A stretch of 64,000 nt of DNA from Paracoccaceae bacterium (GTDB lineage: Bacteria; Pseudomonadota; Alphaproteobacteria; Rhodobacterales; Rhodobacteraceae): assembly GCA_038144485.1 (NCBI GenBank), contig JAYQNW010000014.1:523530-587529 (forward strand), in the 5' to 3' direction. The notes beneath the pieces were generated by a model. It searched no databases and was not told the DNA's origin. It worked only from the letters and a program-made list of their open reading frames with translations. Shown piece by piece: positions 1 through 9,630 of this stretch. The position numbers were made by a program, and so were the translations under genes. Position 1 is the stretch's first letter; each line of letters starts with the position of its first letter.

Positions 1-515
1 ACGATACGATCATAGGCGGTTCGGAGAAAGACCTGATCATAGATTACTCGGGCGCGGACTCCCTAATGGGCGGCGCCGGCAGTGACTATATTTTTACACC
101 TGAATATGATCTTGCTCAGTACGATGGCACGGATACTGTTAATGGTGGTGAAGGGAACGACTTGCTCTGGATTGATGATGGAGACATCGCCACTGGGGGC
201 TCTGGAAGCGATGCTTTCGTAACTCTTGCAAATACCTATGATCCAAACCAAGAACCCATCACAATTACGGATTTCAATCGTGATGAGGATACGATCGAGA
301 TTGGTGTCTTTAGCTGGCCGTTAAATGCGCCAATTGACCAAAATAGATTGGATACGCAGATGGATTTCGATGCGAGGCAAACGCTCATCTATGTTGATGA
401 TGACGTTGTCGCAAAATTGGATGAACTTTTTGTGGGGATTGATGATCGTATCACGCTTACTCATCGAAACTCGCTGGGGCAGCACAGTCTTGATCAATTC
501 AGTTTAGGCAGCTGA
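1..515 (+). CDS. RTX-type calcium-binding repeat protein; 5' end lies outside the window
   Basis: The frame is open from the window edge (codons from nt 3) to the TGA at 513-515. The translation (DTIIGGSEKD, LMGGAGSDYIF, VNGGEGNDLLWI, ATGGSGSDAFV) carries GGxGxD nonapeptide repeats. Confidence 0.8.
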   Translation, partial: DTIIGGSEKDLIIDYSGADSLMGGAGSDYIFTPEYDLAQYDGTDTVNGGEGNDLLWIDDGDIATGGSGSDAFVTLANTYDPNQEPITITDFNRDEDTIEIGVFSWPLNAPIDQNRLDTQMDFDARQTLIYVDDDVVAKLDELFVGIDDRITLTHRNSLGQHSLDQFSLGS

Positions 516-705
516 CGCTCTGGATCCTCAATAAATGATCAATGTGATAATTATGAACTGCTCTCACGAGTAGTATTCTAATTGTTATTATAGGTATCCC
601 AAAGGTTACTTATGGGATTCGTGTGTCACAATGATGATATTGGTTGGAATGATGCCAATTGCGGGTGTTTTGGCCTTTTCTGGCGGGATCGGTTGATTTG
701 ATATT

Positions 706-1392
706 TTGGGATCAATTGACGAAGAAGACGTCGTGGATCAGGCGACGCCACCAACAGACGCGGGGGAAGATCAGGGCCCCGAGCCCGATACCGATACCAT
801 GATAAGCGGTGGGAACTATGTCGATCATATGTCAGGAACTGCCGACGATGATCTGGTCTATTTGGACGCGGGCGACGATTTCTATGACGGAAAGCAAGGC
901 GATGCAGATGCAGGTGACGACACCATTCATGGCGAAGACGGAAATGACACTATCCGAGATAGTCGAGGGTCCGATATTTTGTATGGCGAAAAGGGACGGG
1001 ACGTCTTGAATGCTGTGGATCATGTTGATCAAATGGGTGCAGACACACTGATTGGTGGTACGGGCAAAGACATCCTGAAGGGCGATATTGGCGACATCAT
1101 GATGGGCGGTGGGGATGTCGATCAGTTTGAAGTTTTCATTCAAGATGACGTGAGTGCATCGGATGATTGTGTTCATATATTGGATTTTGAACCAGAAAAG
1201 GATAAGCGGGTGATCCGCTTTGATGAACCGATTGAGCAGGCTGCCAACCCAGATCGTGTGATTATGACATATGACAGCAGAGCAGACGCAACTAATGTTT
1301 TTGCCGATGGCAAAAAGGTCGCTGAAATCTTTGGCGTTTACCCCAACGAGTTACAGGATTTTTATCTTGGCAATTTTTCACGCATCGCCTAA
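706..1392 (+). CDS. RTX-like calcium-binding repeat protein, tandem paralogue of the upstream gene
   Basis: 228-aa ORF with an acidic N-terminus followed by IHGEDGNDTI, LYGEKGRDVL, LIGGTGKDIL and MMGGGDVDQF repeats. The C-terminal ILDFEPEKD segment parallels ITDFNRDED of the upstream protein. The start is only a TTG with no clear SD (see finding). Confidence 0.7.
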   Translation: MGSIDEEDVVDQATPPTDAGEDQGPEPDTDTMISGGNYVDHMSGTADDDLVYLDAGDDFYDGKQGDADAGDDTIHGEDGNDTIRDSRGSDILYGEKGRDVLNAVDHVDQMGADTLIGGTGKDILKGDIGDIMMGGGDVDQFEVFIQDDVSASDDCVHILDFEPEKDKRVIRFDEPIEQAANPDRVIMTYDSRADATNVFADGKKVAEIFGVYPNELQDFYLGNFSRIA

Positions 1393-1548
1393 GTCGTTCT
1401 ACGATATAGTCGCGGCGCTTGCGATAAATCTGCGTATTGGGGGGGAATTATCCTACTTATCCCTTGACGAATTGTGAAATTCTTCTTAACTGCGAGTTCT
1501 CGTACGAGAATCAATTAGCGCATAGTGCGCGATCACCTTATCAGCTAT

Positions 1549-1578
1549 AGCCCTTGGTAGACCAAGGGCTTTGTTGTG
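1549..1578 (+). terminator. Hairpin with a U-rich tail in the rpsM leader (terminator of the RTX gene, or an attenuator)
   Basis: agcccttgg-taga-ccaagggct is a perfect 9-bp stem, followed by ttgttgtg. Confidence 0.45.
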
Positions 1579-1623
1579 AAAAAAGGTTCTGGAACGACGG
1601 AACCGCAACGAAAGGAACAGAAC

Positions 1624-1992
1624 GTGGCTCGTATTGCCGGCGTAAACATCCCAACAGCAAAGCGTGTCCCAATCGCTTTGACATATATTACAGGTATCGG
1701 ACATACCTCAGCGAAACAAATCTGCGAAGCAGTGAACATTGATATGACACGTCGTATTAATGAATTGTCAGACGCAGAGGTGTTGTCAATTCGTGAATAC
1801 ATCGACGCAAACTTCTCCGTAGAAGGTGATTTGCGCCGTGAAGTTCAAATGAACATCAAGCGTTTGATGGATCTTGGCTGCTATCGTGGTCTACGCCATC
1901 GTCGTAACCTTCCTGTTCGTGGTCAGCGTACGCACACAAATGCGCGCACACGTAAAGGTCCAGCAAAACCAATCGCTGGTAAGAAGAAGTAA
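1624..1992 (+). CDS. rpsM: 30S ribosomal protein S13
   Basis: The GTG at 1624 gives [15 protein letters not shown], the canonical S13 N-terminus. The longer track ORF from 1576 is an upstream extension. Confidence 0.95.
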   Translation: MARIAGVNIPTAKRVPIALTYITGIGHTSAKQICEAVNIDMTRRINELSDAEVLSIREYIDANFSVEGDLRREVQMNIKRLMDLGCYRGLRHRRNLPVRGQRTHTNARTRKGPAKPIAGKKK

Positions 1993-2006
1993 GGAGGGCT
2001 AGGAAT

Positions 2007-2399
2007 ATGGCACGTGATACACGTCGTGGTGGCAAGAAAAAGGTCTCCAAAAATATCGCAGCTGGTGTTGCACACGTAAATTCATCGTTCAACAACACCA
2101 AAATCTTGATCTCTGACGTTCAAGGCAACGCAATCGCATGGTCATCTGCGGGCACAATGGGTTTCAAAGGCTCTCGTAAGTCTACACCATATGCCGCACA
2201 GATCGCCGCAGAAGATGCGGGCAAAAAAGCACAAGAGCACGGCGTGAAAACGCTTGAGATTGAAGTGCAAGGCCCAGGTTCAGGTCGTGAAAGTGCGCTA
2301 CGCGCATTGGCCGCAATTGGTTTCAACATCACATCAATCCGTGACGTAACACCAATCGCGCACAACGGCTGCCGCCCACCAAAGCGTCGCCGCGTATAA
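2007..2399 (+). CDS. rpsK: 30S ribosomal protein S11
   Basis: 130 aa containing [16 protein letters not shown] and CRPPKRRRV, both S11 hallmarks. An aggagg-like RBS lies upstream. Confidence 0.95.
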   Translation: MARDTRRGGKKKVSKNIAAGVAHVNSSFNNTKILISDVQGNAIAWSSAGTMGFKGSRKSTPYAAQIAAEDAGKKAQEHGVKTLEIEVQGPGSGRESALRALAAIGFNITSIRDVTPIAHNGCRPPKRRRV

Positions 2400-2409
2400 T
2401 AAGTTTGTG

Positions 2410-2438
2410 AATGGGGCTGCAGATCCTGCCGCCCCATT
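2410..2438 (+). promoter_or_regulatory. Intra-operon hairpin between rpsK and rpoA
   Basis: aatggggc (13-nt loop) gccccatt is an 8-bp stem, followed by tccgtcattttta. Confidence 0.3.
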
Positions 2439-2506
2439 TCCGTCATTTTTAATCCTCGGGTGCGTGTGTCTTTTGGACATGGGATACCGCTAGAATGGAG
2501 GGACGT

Positions 2507-3523
2507 ATGATCCATAAAAACTGGGCAGAATTGATTAAACCTGCACAACTTGACGTAAAGCCAGGCAATGATCCATTGCGCCAAGGCACAGTGGTTGCAG
2601 AACCGCTCGAGCGTGGTTTCGGCCTTACACTTGGGAACGCGCTACGCCGCGTCTTGATGAGTAGCCTTCAGGGTGCCGCCATCACATCAGTGCAAATTGA
2701 CAATGTTCTGCACGAGTTTTCATCAGTCGCAGGCGTTCGTGAAGACGTCACAGACATCGTATTGAACCTGAAAGGTGTTTCATTGCGTATGGAAGTGGAA
2801 GGTCCAAAGCGCCTTTCAATCAATGCAAAAGGTCCTGGTATTGTCACTGCTGGTGATATCTCGGACAGCGCGGGCATTGAAATCCTGAACAAAGAACACG
2901 TGATCTGTCACCTAGACGATGGCGCAGATGTGTACATGGAACTGACTGTGAACACTGGCAAAGGCTATGTTCCTGCTGACAAAAACAAACCAGAAGACGC
3001 GCCAATTGGTTTGATCCCAATTGATGCGATCTATTCACCTGTGAAGAAGGTCTCATACGACGTTCAAAAAACACGTGAAGGTCAGGTTCTGGATTACGAC
3101 AAACTGACGATGAAGGTTGAAACAGACGGGTCAATCACACCTGATGACGCGATCGCGTTTGCGGCGCGCATTCTTCAGGATCAGTTGTCGATCTTTGTGA
3201 ACTTTGACGAACCAGAATCTGCAAACCGTCAAGACGATGATGATGGTCTTGAGTTCAACCCGCTGCTGCTAAAGAAAGTGGACGAGTTGGAATTGTCAGT
3301 GCGCTCTGCAAACTGCCTAAAGAACGACAACATCGTATACATCGGCGATTTGATCCAGAAAACAGAGGCCGAAATGCTTCGCACACCAAACTTTGGTCGC
3401 AAGTCATTGAACGAGATCAAAGAGGTGCTTTCTGGCATGGGGCTTCACCTTGGCATGGACGTCGAGGATTGGCCACCAGACAACATCGAAGATTTGGCGA
3501 AGAAGTTCGAAGACAACTTCTAA
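2507..3523 (+). CDS. rpoA: DNA-directed RNA polymerase subunit alpha
   Basis: The ATG at 2507 gives [12 protein letters not shown], a typical alphaproteobacterial RpoA start, with GGAGGG 5-10 nt upstream. The C-terminal domain motif [12 protein letters not shown] is present. Confidence 0.95.
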   Translation: MIHKNWAELIKPAQLDVKPGNDPLRQGTVVAEPLERGFGLTLGNALRRVLMSSLQGAAITSVQIDNVLHEFSSVAGVREDVTDIVLNLKGVSLRMEVEGPKRLSINAKGPGIVTAGDISDSAGIEILNKEHVICHLDDGADVYMELTVNTGKGYVPADKNKPEDAPIGLIPIDAIYSPVKKVSYDVQKTREGQVLDYDKLTMKVETDGSITPDDAIAFAARILQDQLSIFVNFDEPESANRQDDDDGLEFNPLLLKKVDELELSVRSANCLKNDNIVYIGDLIQKTEAEMLRTPNFGRKSLNEIKEVLSGMGLHLGMDVEDWPPDNIEDLAKKFEDNF

Positions 3524-3530
3524 GACCTGT

Positions 3531-3550
3531 GCGCCGCGGCAACGCGGCGC
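3531..3550 (+). promoter_or_regulatory. GC-rich hairpin just after the rpoA stop, with no U-tract
   Basis: gcgccgcg-gcaa-cgcggcgc is a perfect 8-bp stem with a GNRA-type loop. Confidence 0.3.
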
Positions 3551-3655
3551 GACCAATGCCCGAAAGGTCGGGGAAAACTGGGCAAATGCCCCAAGGAGAG
3601 CGGCTGACACGCATCGACCGCCAGACAAAGTAAAAGAAAATTAGGAGACTAAATT

Positions 3656-4075
3656 ATGCGTCACGCACGTGGTTACCGCCGCCTTAACCGTACACATGAG
3701 CACCGCAAAGCATTGTGGGCGAACATGGCTGGCTCACTTATCGAACACGAACAAATCAAAACAACTTTGCCAAAAGCAAAAGAGCTTCGCCCGATCGTTG
3801 AAAAACTGATTACATTGGGCAAGCGCGGCGATTTGCACGCACGCCGCCAAGCACGCGCACAGTTGAAAGAAGACCAATACGTCACAAAACTATTTGACAT
3901 TCTTGGCCCACGCTACGCGGACCGTCAGGGTGGTTATATCCGCATCATGAAAGCGGGCTTCCGTTATGGTGATATGGCGCCAATGGCGATCATCGAATTC
4001 GTTGATCGTGACGTTGACGCAAAGGGTGCCGCAGACAAAGCACGCGTCGCAGCAGATGACGCAGCAGACGAATAA
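3656..4075 (+). CDS. rplQ: 50S ribosomal protein L17
   Basis: 139 aa starting [20 protein letters not shown], with aggag 7 nt upstream. Confidence 0.95.
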   Translation: MRHARGYRRLNRTHEHRKALWANMAGSLIEHEQIKTTLPKAKELRPIVEKLITLGKRGDLHARRQARAQLKEDQYVTKLFDILGPRYADRQGGYIRIMKAGFRYGDMAPMAIIEFVDRDVDAKGAADKARVAADDAADE

Positions 4076-4101
4076 GCGGATCTACGATTTAATCTACCAA
4101 G

Positions 4102-4135
4102 ACCCCGGCAATCTGTCGGGGTTTTGTCGTTTTTG
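4102..4135 (+). terminator. Rho-independent terminator of the rpsM-rplQ operon
   Basis: The stem accccg...cggggt is followed by ttttgtcgttttt. Confidence 0.7.
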
Positions 4136-4187
4136 GGCATGATGTTCTGACCGCTCTGGGCTGATAATTTCACTGACGGAGAGCGAC

Positions 4188-5243
4188 ATGACGATATTGA
4201 ATACGATACCTGAAAAAATTGACGGCGCCTCAGCATGGGTAGGTGCAGATCTACAAACGCGCCAAAGCGAATGGTTATATATTCTAAGTGCCGACGAAAT
4301 TTCGGAAATTGAACATGCTGCACGGTATTATCTGTCCCTTGGGCGGGATGTGGGGGAAATCACGGCCCAAGATTTTCCACTTCCCCAGTTTTCCAATCAC
4401 TTGCAGGACATGTCAGAAAAACTGCTGCGCGGTATCGGGGTCGAGGTTATCCGCGGATTGCCCATCAAATCCTATTCTCAGGAAATGGCTGCCGCCATTT
4501 TTTGTGGCATCGGCGCACATTTGGGTCCAGCGCGATCCCAGAATGCGGCGGGGCACATCCTTGGCCATGTGCGGGACATCGGGGCGGATCCAAATGATCC
4601 AAACGCCCGCATTTATCAAACCAACGCACGGCAAAGTTTCCATACCGACAGCGCAGATGTCGTCGCGCTTATGTGTTTGCAGGATGCGAAAGAGGGGGGT
4701 GATAGCCTTTTGGTCAGTGCCGAGACGATTTATAATGAAATGCGTGCGACACGGCCTGACCTATTGGCATTGCTGTTTGATCCGATTGCAACAGATCGCC
4801 GTGGCGAGGTGCCAGAGGGCATGGAACCCTATATGACAATTCCGCCGTTTAGCTGGAACGATGGGCGATTGACGGTGTTCTATCAACGCCAATACATCGA
4901 CAGTGCGCAACGCTTTGCTGATGCTATGCGGCTGACACCAGAACATGTTGAGGCGTTGGATTATTTTGACGAATTGGCAAATGATTCTGATTTATACATC
5001 AAAATGCGCCTAATCCCAGGCGATATGCAATTCGTTTACAATCACGCACAATTGCATGATCGCACAGGATACATGGATTGGCCTGAACCCGAAAATCGGC
5101 GCCATTTGTTCCGTTTGTGGCTGTCGATGGCGGGGGATCGTGAATTGCCCGAATGTTTCAAACAGCGTTATGGGTCGATTACCGTCGGCGATCGCGGTGG
5201 CATTATCACTTCGGCCACACGTCTGCATGCGCCGCTTGATTGA
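4188..5243 (+). CDS. TauD/TfdA-family Fe(II)/2-oxoglutarate dioxygenase
   Basis: 351 aa with the HTDSAD (HxD) motif and a distal H in LHDRTGY. Overall layout fits the TauD family. Confidence 0.7.
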   Translation: MTILNTIPEKIDGASAWVGADLQTRQSEWLYILSADEISEIEHAARYYLSLGRDVGEITAQDFPLPQFSNHLQDMSEKLLRGIGVEVIRGLPIKSYSQEMAAAIFCGIGAHLGPARSQNAAGHILGHVRDIGADPNDPNARIYQTNARQSFHTDSADVVALMCLQDAKEGGDSLLVSAETIYNEMRATRPDLLALLFDPIATDRRGEVPEGMEPYMTIPPFSWNDGRLTVFYQRQYIDSAQRFADAMRLTPEHVEALDYFDELANDSDLYIKMRLIPGDMQFVYNHAQLHDRTGYMDWPEPENRRHLFRLWLSMAGDRELPECFKQRYGSITVGDRGGIITSATRLHAPLD

Positions 5244-5297
5244 TCCAATCTGATTTTCGCTATGTTCGGCCTGATGAAACTGGGTTAGGTTTTAGGG

Positions 5298-6614
5298 ATG
5301 AACGATTTGTTTGCACCTAACGCAGCCGATGCACCAAAGGGTCCCCAACCCTTGGCCGAACGCCTGCGCCCGCGTGCGATTGACCAAGTGATTGGTCAGG
5401 CGCAGATTTTGGCCGCGGATGCGCCCTTGGGGGCGATGCTCGGGAACAAACAACTTAGCTCACTCATTTTTTGGGGACCACCCGGCGTTGGCAAAACGAC
5501 ATTGGCGCGCCTGCTTGCGGATCACACGGATCTACACTTTGTTCAGATCAGTGCAATTTTCACGGGTGTCCCAGATTTGAAAAAGGTGTTTGAGGCTGCG
5601 AAATTGCGTCACGCGAATGGGCGGGGGACATTGCTGTTTGTTGATGAAATCCATCGCTTTAACAAGGCACAGCAAGACGGATTTTTACCCTATATGGAGG
5701 ATGGCACGATCATCCTTGTTGGGGCGACCACGGAAAATCCATCCTTTGAATTGAACGCAGCACTTTTATCACGGGCGCAGGTTTTGGTGTTGGAGCGTCT
5801 TGGATCAGATGAATTGGCCCAACTTTTGGAACGTGCTGAAGGGGAATTGGGGCTGACCCTGCCGCTGGACGCGGCGGCGCGTGAAACTCTGATCGCAATG
5901 GCCGATGGGGATGGTCGTGCCCTGATCAATCTGGTGGAACAGGTTTATTCGTGGCGTGTGGACACCGCGATCACGGACGCGGACTTGCGCAAACGCCTGA
6001 CCCGCCGTGCCGCGAAATACGACAAAAGCGGGGATTCACATTATAACCTGATTTCAGCATTGCATAAATCCGTGCGCGGATCGGACCCAGATGCCGCGCT
6101 TTATTGGTTCGCGCGCATGTTAGAGGGTGGTGAAGATCCACGATATTTGGCCCGCCGCATTTTACGGATGGCGGTTGAGGATATCGGTTTGGCGGACCCT
6201 CAGGCGCAGGCGATTTGTATTGGGGCCTGGGAAACATATGAACGCCTTGGCAGCCCCGAGGGCGAATTGTCATTATCGCAGGCGGTCACCTATCTGGCAC
6301 TGGCCCCGAAATCGAACGCGGGATACGCCGCGTATAAGGCCGCGCGCAATTTGGCGCGCTCTCATGGGTCCGAAATGCCGCCCAAACATATCCTAAACGC
6401 CCCAACGCAGTTGATGGCGGATCAGGGGTATGGGGCCGATTACGCCTATGACCATAATGCAGAGGATGGGTTTTCGGGACAAAACTATTTCCCTGAAACG
6501 ATGGAGCGACCCAAGATTTATGATCCTGTCGAACGCGGATTTGAACGGGATTTGCGCAAACGCGTCGAATATTTCGAAAAACTGCGGACCAAGCGGAACG
6601 CAGGGGACGCCTAG
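5298..6614 (+). CDS. rarA: Replication-associated recombination protein A (AAA ATPase)
   Basis: 438 aa with Walker A GPPGVGKTT and Walker B LLFVDEIHRFNK, plus the C-terminal MgsA domain (HYNLISALHKSVRGSDPDAALYW). Confidence 0.9.
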   Translation: MNDLFAPNAADAPKGPQPLAERLRPRAIDQVIGQAQILAADAPLGAMLGNKQLSSLIFWGPPGVGKTTLARLLADHTDLHFVQISAIFTGVPDLKKVFEAAKLRHANGRGTLLFVDEIHRFNKAQQDGFLPYMEDGTIILVGATTENPSFELNAALLSRAQVLVLERLGSDELAQLLERAEGELGLTLPLDAAARETLIAMADGDGRALINLVEQVYSWRVDTAITDADLRKRLTRRAAKYDKSGDSHYNLISALHKSVRGSDPDAALYWFARMLEGGEDPRYLARRILRMAVEDIGLADPQAQAICIGAWETYERLGSPEGELSLSQAVTYLALAPKSNAGYAAYKAARNLARSHGSEMPPKHILNAPTQLMADQGYGADYAYDHNAEDGFSGQNYFPETMERPKIYDPVERGFERDLRKRVEYFEKLRTKRNAGDA

Positions 6615-6658
6615 GCGCGATGCTTGACAATTGAGGGCAAAGCGCACAAGGACGCGCC

Positions 6659-7012
6659 ATGATGTATCTAATGATTGCCCTTGGGGGTGCACTTGGCGCT
6701 TTGGCGCGTTTTCTTGTTTCGGGATGGTTTGTCTTTCCGCTTGGCACGTTGGCGGTCAATCTGGTGGGATCATTCGTGGTGGGATTGGCGTTTGTGTTTC
6801 TTAGCAGCCGTGGATTGGACCGTGTTATGTTTTTTGCAATGACAGGGTTCCTTGGCGCATTCACAACGTTTTCGGCATTTTCATTAGACGTCTTTAAATT
6901 GATCGAGACACAGCGCATGGCAGATGCCATGGGTTATGTTGCGGTCTCGGTGATTGGGGCAATTGTGGCACTCTTCATCGGCGTATTTTTAGCCAAAGGA
7001 GTTTTGTCATGA
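6659..7012 (+). CDS. crcB: Fluoride channel CrcB/FluC
   Basis: 117-aa four-TM protein with the GAFTTFSAFS signature. Confidence 0.9.
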   Translation: MMYLMIALGGALGALARFLVSGWFVFPLGTLAVNLVGSFVVGLAFVFLSSRGLDRVMFFAMTGFLGAFTTFSAFSLDVFKLIETQRMADAMGYVAVSVIGAIVALFIGVFLAKGVLS

Positions 7013-8052
7013 GCGGCGTTCAACGCATCACGATTTCTGCGGAGGACGCGGATCAACGTTTGGACCGTTGGCTAAAGCGGTTGTTTCCACACCTCAGCCA
7101 AATTCGCATCGAAAAAATGTGTCGCAAAGGCGAGCTGCGAATTGATGGCGCACGCTGCAAACCTGCAACGCGGGTTGAGGCGGGACAAGAGGTGCGCATT
7201 CCACCCATTCCCGCCCCAGAACATAGAGAAGAACGGCCCAAGCAATCCCGCATTTCGGATCAAGATCGTCAGATGATCCAAGATGCGGTGATATACATGG
7301 ACGATCATTTGATCGTTTTGAATAAACCTGCGGGTCTGCCATCCCAAGGGGGCAGCAAACAGGTGCGCCATGTTGATGGATTGGCCGAGGCCTTAAAATA
7401 TGATTGCGATGAAAAGCCACGTTTGGTGCATCGCCTGGACAAAGACACCTCTGGTTTGTTGCTTCTGGCGCGGTCCCGTTCGGTCGCAACAACCCTAAGT
7501 GACGCGCTGCGCCACCGCGAAACACGCAAGATTTATTGGGCCGCTGTTGCAGGCGTACCAGTGCCCCAAATTGGAACCATCAAGTACGGCTTGGTCAAAG
7601 CGTCGGGACATGGTCGTGGGGGCGAGGGTGAAAAAATGATCTGCATTCACCCGCGTGATGTTCAAAAAACCGATGGTGCAAAACGGGCGCAAAGCGATTA
7701 TTTCATGTTGTCGCGTCTTGCGTCGCGTGGGGCCTGGGTTGCCTTGGTTCCTGTGACAGGACGCACACATCAGTTGCGTGCGCATATGGCGGAAATTGGT
7801 CATCCGATCATTGGTGATGGGAAATATGGCGGGTCAGGTCAGGAAAACTTGGGCGATGGATGGGGCGCGCAATTTGGTGGGGACATAAGCAAAAAATTGC
7901 ATCTACATGCCCGCTATTTGCGATTTGAACATCCTGTGACGAAAAAGACATTCGAAATCACGGCAGACCTATCGCCCCATATGCAGCGCACATGGGAAAC
8001 GTTTCAATGGGACGTGAACGACGTCCCCGATGATCCGTTTGAGGAGCTGTAA
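7009..8052 (+). CDS. RluA/RluC-family 23S rRNA pseudouridine synthase with an N-terminal S4 domain
   Basis: Contains the catalytic motif HRLDKDTSGLLLLA and HQLRAH. ATGA overlap with crcB. Confidence 0.85.
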   Translation: MSGVQRITISAEDADQRLDRWLKRLFPHLSQIRIEKMCRKGELRIDGARCKPATRVEAGQEVRIPPIPAPEHREERPKQSRISDQDRQMIQDAVIYMDDHLIVLNKPAGLPSQGGSKQVRHVDGLAEALKYDCDEKPRLVHRLDKDTSGLLLLARSRSVATTLSDALRHRETRKIYWAAVAGVPVPQIGTIKYGLVKASGHGRGGEGEKMICIHPRDVQKTDGAKRAQSDYFMLSRLASRGAWVALVPVTGRTHQLRAHMAEIGHPIIGDGKYGGSGQENLGDGWGAQFGGDISKKLHLHARYLRFEHPVTKKTFEITADLSPHMQRTWETFQWDVNDVPDDPFEEL

Positions 8053-8055
8053 CGC

Positions 8056-8730
8056 TTGGATGATCTTGCGCTGATCCTCTTTGATGTCGATGGGACCTTG
8101 GTGGACAGCCAATCGGAAATTTTGGCGGCGATGCAAGATGCCTTTGCCGCCATAGCACAGCCAGTTCCCAATCGTGATGCAATCCTGTCCACAGTCGGAT
8201 TGTCGTTAGAACAGGCCATGATACAATTGCTGCCCTTAGATAACGACGCCCGCACCATGTCCGCAGCCGTGAGTGCATACAAACACAGTTACCGTAAATC
8301 CCGAGAGGCGGGGACAATGTCCGTGCTCTATCCTGGAATTGCGGATCTCTTGCGCAATTGCAGAATGCATGAAAACTGGTTGCTTGGGCTTGCCACAGGT
8401 AAGTCGCGGCGCGGAGTGAATGCGTTGGTCGATTATTATGATTGGGGCGGGGTGTTTCAAACCATTCAGACCGCTGATACGCATCCATCAAAACCCAACC
8501 CAGCAATGTTGCAGGCCGCATTGGCGGAAACAGGAGTGTCGGCGCAGCGTTGTGTGTGCATCGGGGATACCACACATGACATGCGGATGGCCGTGGCAGC
8601 AAAGGTTGGGTTTGTCGGGGTTTCGTGGGGGTATCACCCCGTTGATCGATTTGACGCGGCCTTCAGGGTGGCAGAGACACCGCAATCCGTATATCAGGCG
8701 ATCACAGATTGGTTGGAGCGCGATACATGA
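8056..8730 (+). CDS. HAD-superfamily hydrolase (phosphoglycolate phosphatase-like)
   Basis: LFDVDGTLVDS motif I and GDTTHD motif IV. TTG start. Confidence 0.75.
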   Translation: MDDLALILFDVDGTLVDSQSEILAAMQDAFAAIAQPVPNRDAILSTVGLSLEQAMIQLLPLDNDARTMSAAVSAYKHSYRKSREAGTMSVLYPGIADLLRNCRMHENWLLGLATGKSRRGVNALVDYYDWGGVFQTIQTADTHPSKPNPAMLQAALAETGVSAQRCVCIGDTTHDMRMAVAAKVGFVGVSWGYHPVDRFDAAFRVAETPQSVYQAITDWLERDT

Positions 8731-9434
8731 CCGAGTGGAAACTAAAACGATTTTGGACAGAGGCCTCTGTAAGTGAAACAGAAGAGGGGTACGCGGTATT
8801 GTTGGATGACCGCGGTGTGAGAACACCCGCAAAAACCAGCCTTGTCGTGCCAACGGTTGAATTGGCGCGCGCCATTGCAGATGAGTGGGATGCCCAAGAG
8901 GGCACGATTGATCCAACCACGATGCCATTTACGCGTTCGGCCAATGCTGCGATCGACAAAGTGACCCATCAATTTGATGAGGTTGTGAACTTGTTGGCGG
9001 AATATGGCGAAACCGATTTGTTGTGTTATCGCGCCGATGCCCCCGTTGAATTGAGCGAAAGACAATCCGAGGCATGGGACCCGCTACTGGGGTGGGCCAA
9101 AGATACGTTTGAGGCGGATTTGTCCCCAGCGACGGGTGTGATGTTCGTGGAACAACCTGCGCAATCGCTAAACAACCTAAAAATGGCCCTTTTGGACCAA
9201 AGCGCGTTTCAGCTGACCGCGACTTATGACCTGATCAGCATTTCAGGATCACTGATTCTTGGACTTGCTGTGTGCAAGGGCAAGATTTCAGCACAAGAGG
9301 CGTGGGAATTGTCGCGAATTGATGAAATTTGGCAGATCGAGCAGTGGGGCGACGATGAAGAAGCCACAGAAGTCGCAGAAATAAAGGCTAATTCCATGCG
9401 TCATGCAGGGCGATTTTTTGCAATGTCTGGTTGA
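8727..9434 (+). CDS. ATP12-family F1-ATPase assembly chaperone
   Basis: The ATG at 8727 (MTEWKLKRFW) makes an ATGA overlap with the HAD gene. The KRFW, GxxVxLDxR, TP architecture is typical of ATP12. Confidence 0.7.
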   Translation: MTEWKLKRFWTEASVSETEEGYAVLLDDRGVRTPAKTSLVVPTVELARAIADEWDAQEGTIDPTTMPFTRSANAAIDKVTHQFDEVVNLLAEYGETDLLCYRADAPVELSERQSEAWDPLLGWAKDTFEADLSPATGVMFVEQPAQSLNNLKMALLDQSAFQLTATYDLISISGSLILGLAVCKGKISAQEAWELSRIDEIWQIEQWGDDEEATEVAEIKANSMRHAGRFFAMSG

Positions 9435-9630
9435 AGAATCAAACGCTTACGGATGACCTTGGGTAAACTTGCCCCTTTCTGTTGACGCAAGTGTAATGAA
9501 ATTCTTGACGTTTCCCTCAGAATTTGAACAAATTGAGGCATTAATCGGGGATAGCCTACCAAAGTCGTAAGCTTGGGGGGTGCCCTATAATGACTTTGTT
9601 CGAATGGAACAAAACCAGGAAGAGGTAAAA

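Noticed and set aside
6605-6662. Possible fluoride riboswitch in front of crcB. There is an inverted repeat ggcgcg...cgcgcc followed by atgatg.
   Set aside because: The spacer between rarA and crcB is only 44 nt. The stem-loop arrangement does not reproduce the crcB-motif topology as I remember it: a short P1 with a pseudoknot loop, an AAACx linker, and P2 followed by UGAUG. It is more likely a plain hairpin at the rarA end. An Infernal scan with RF01734 would settle it.
6286-6930. 214-aa minus-strand ORF antisense to rarA and crcB.
   Set aside because: Its composition is Arg/Pro/Ala-rich and typical of an antisense frame. It overlaps two well-supported genes completely and has no recognisable motif.
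7958-8602. 214-aa minus-strand ORF antisense to the rluC-like and HAD genes.
   Set aside because: Same reasoning: an antisense shadow ORF with biased composition and no motifs.
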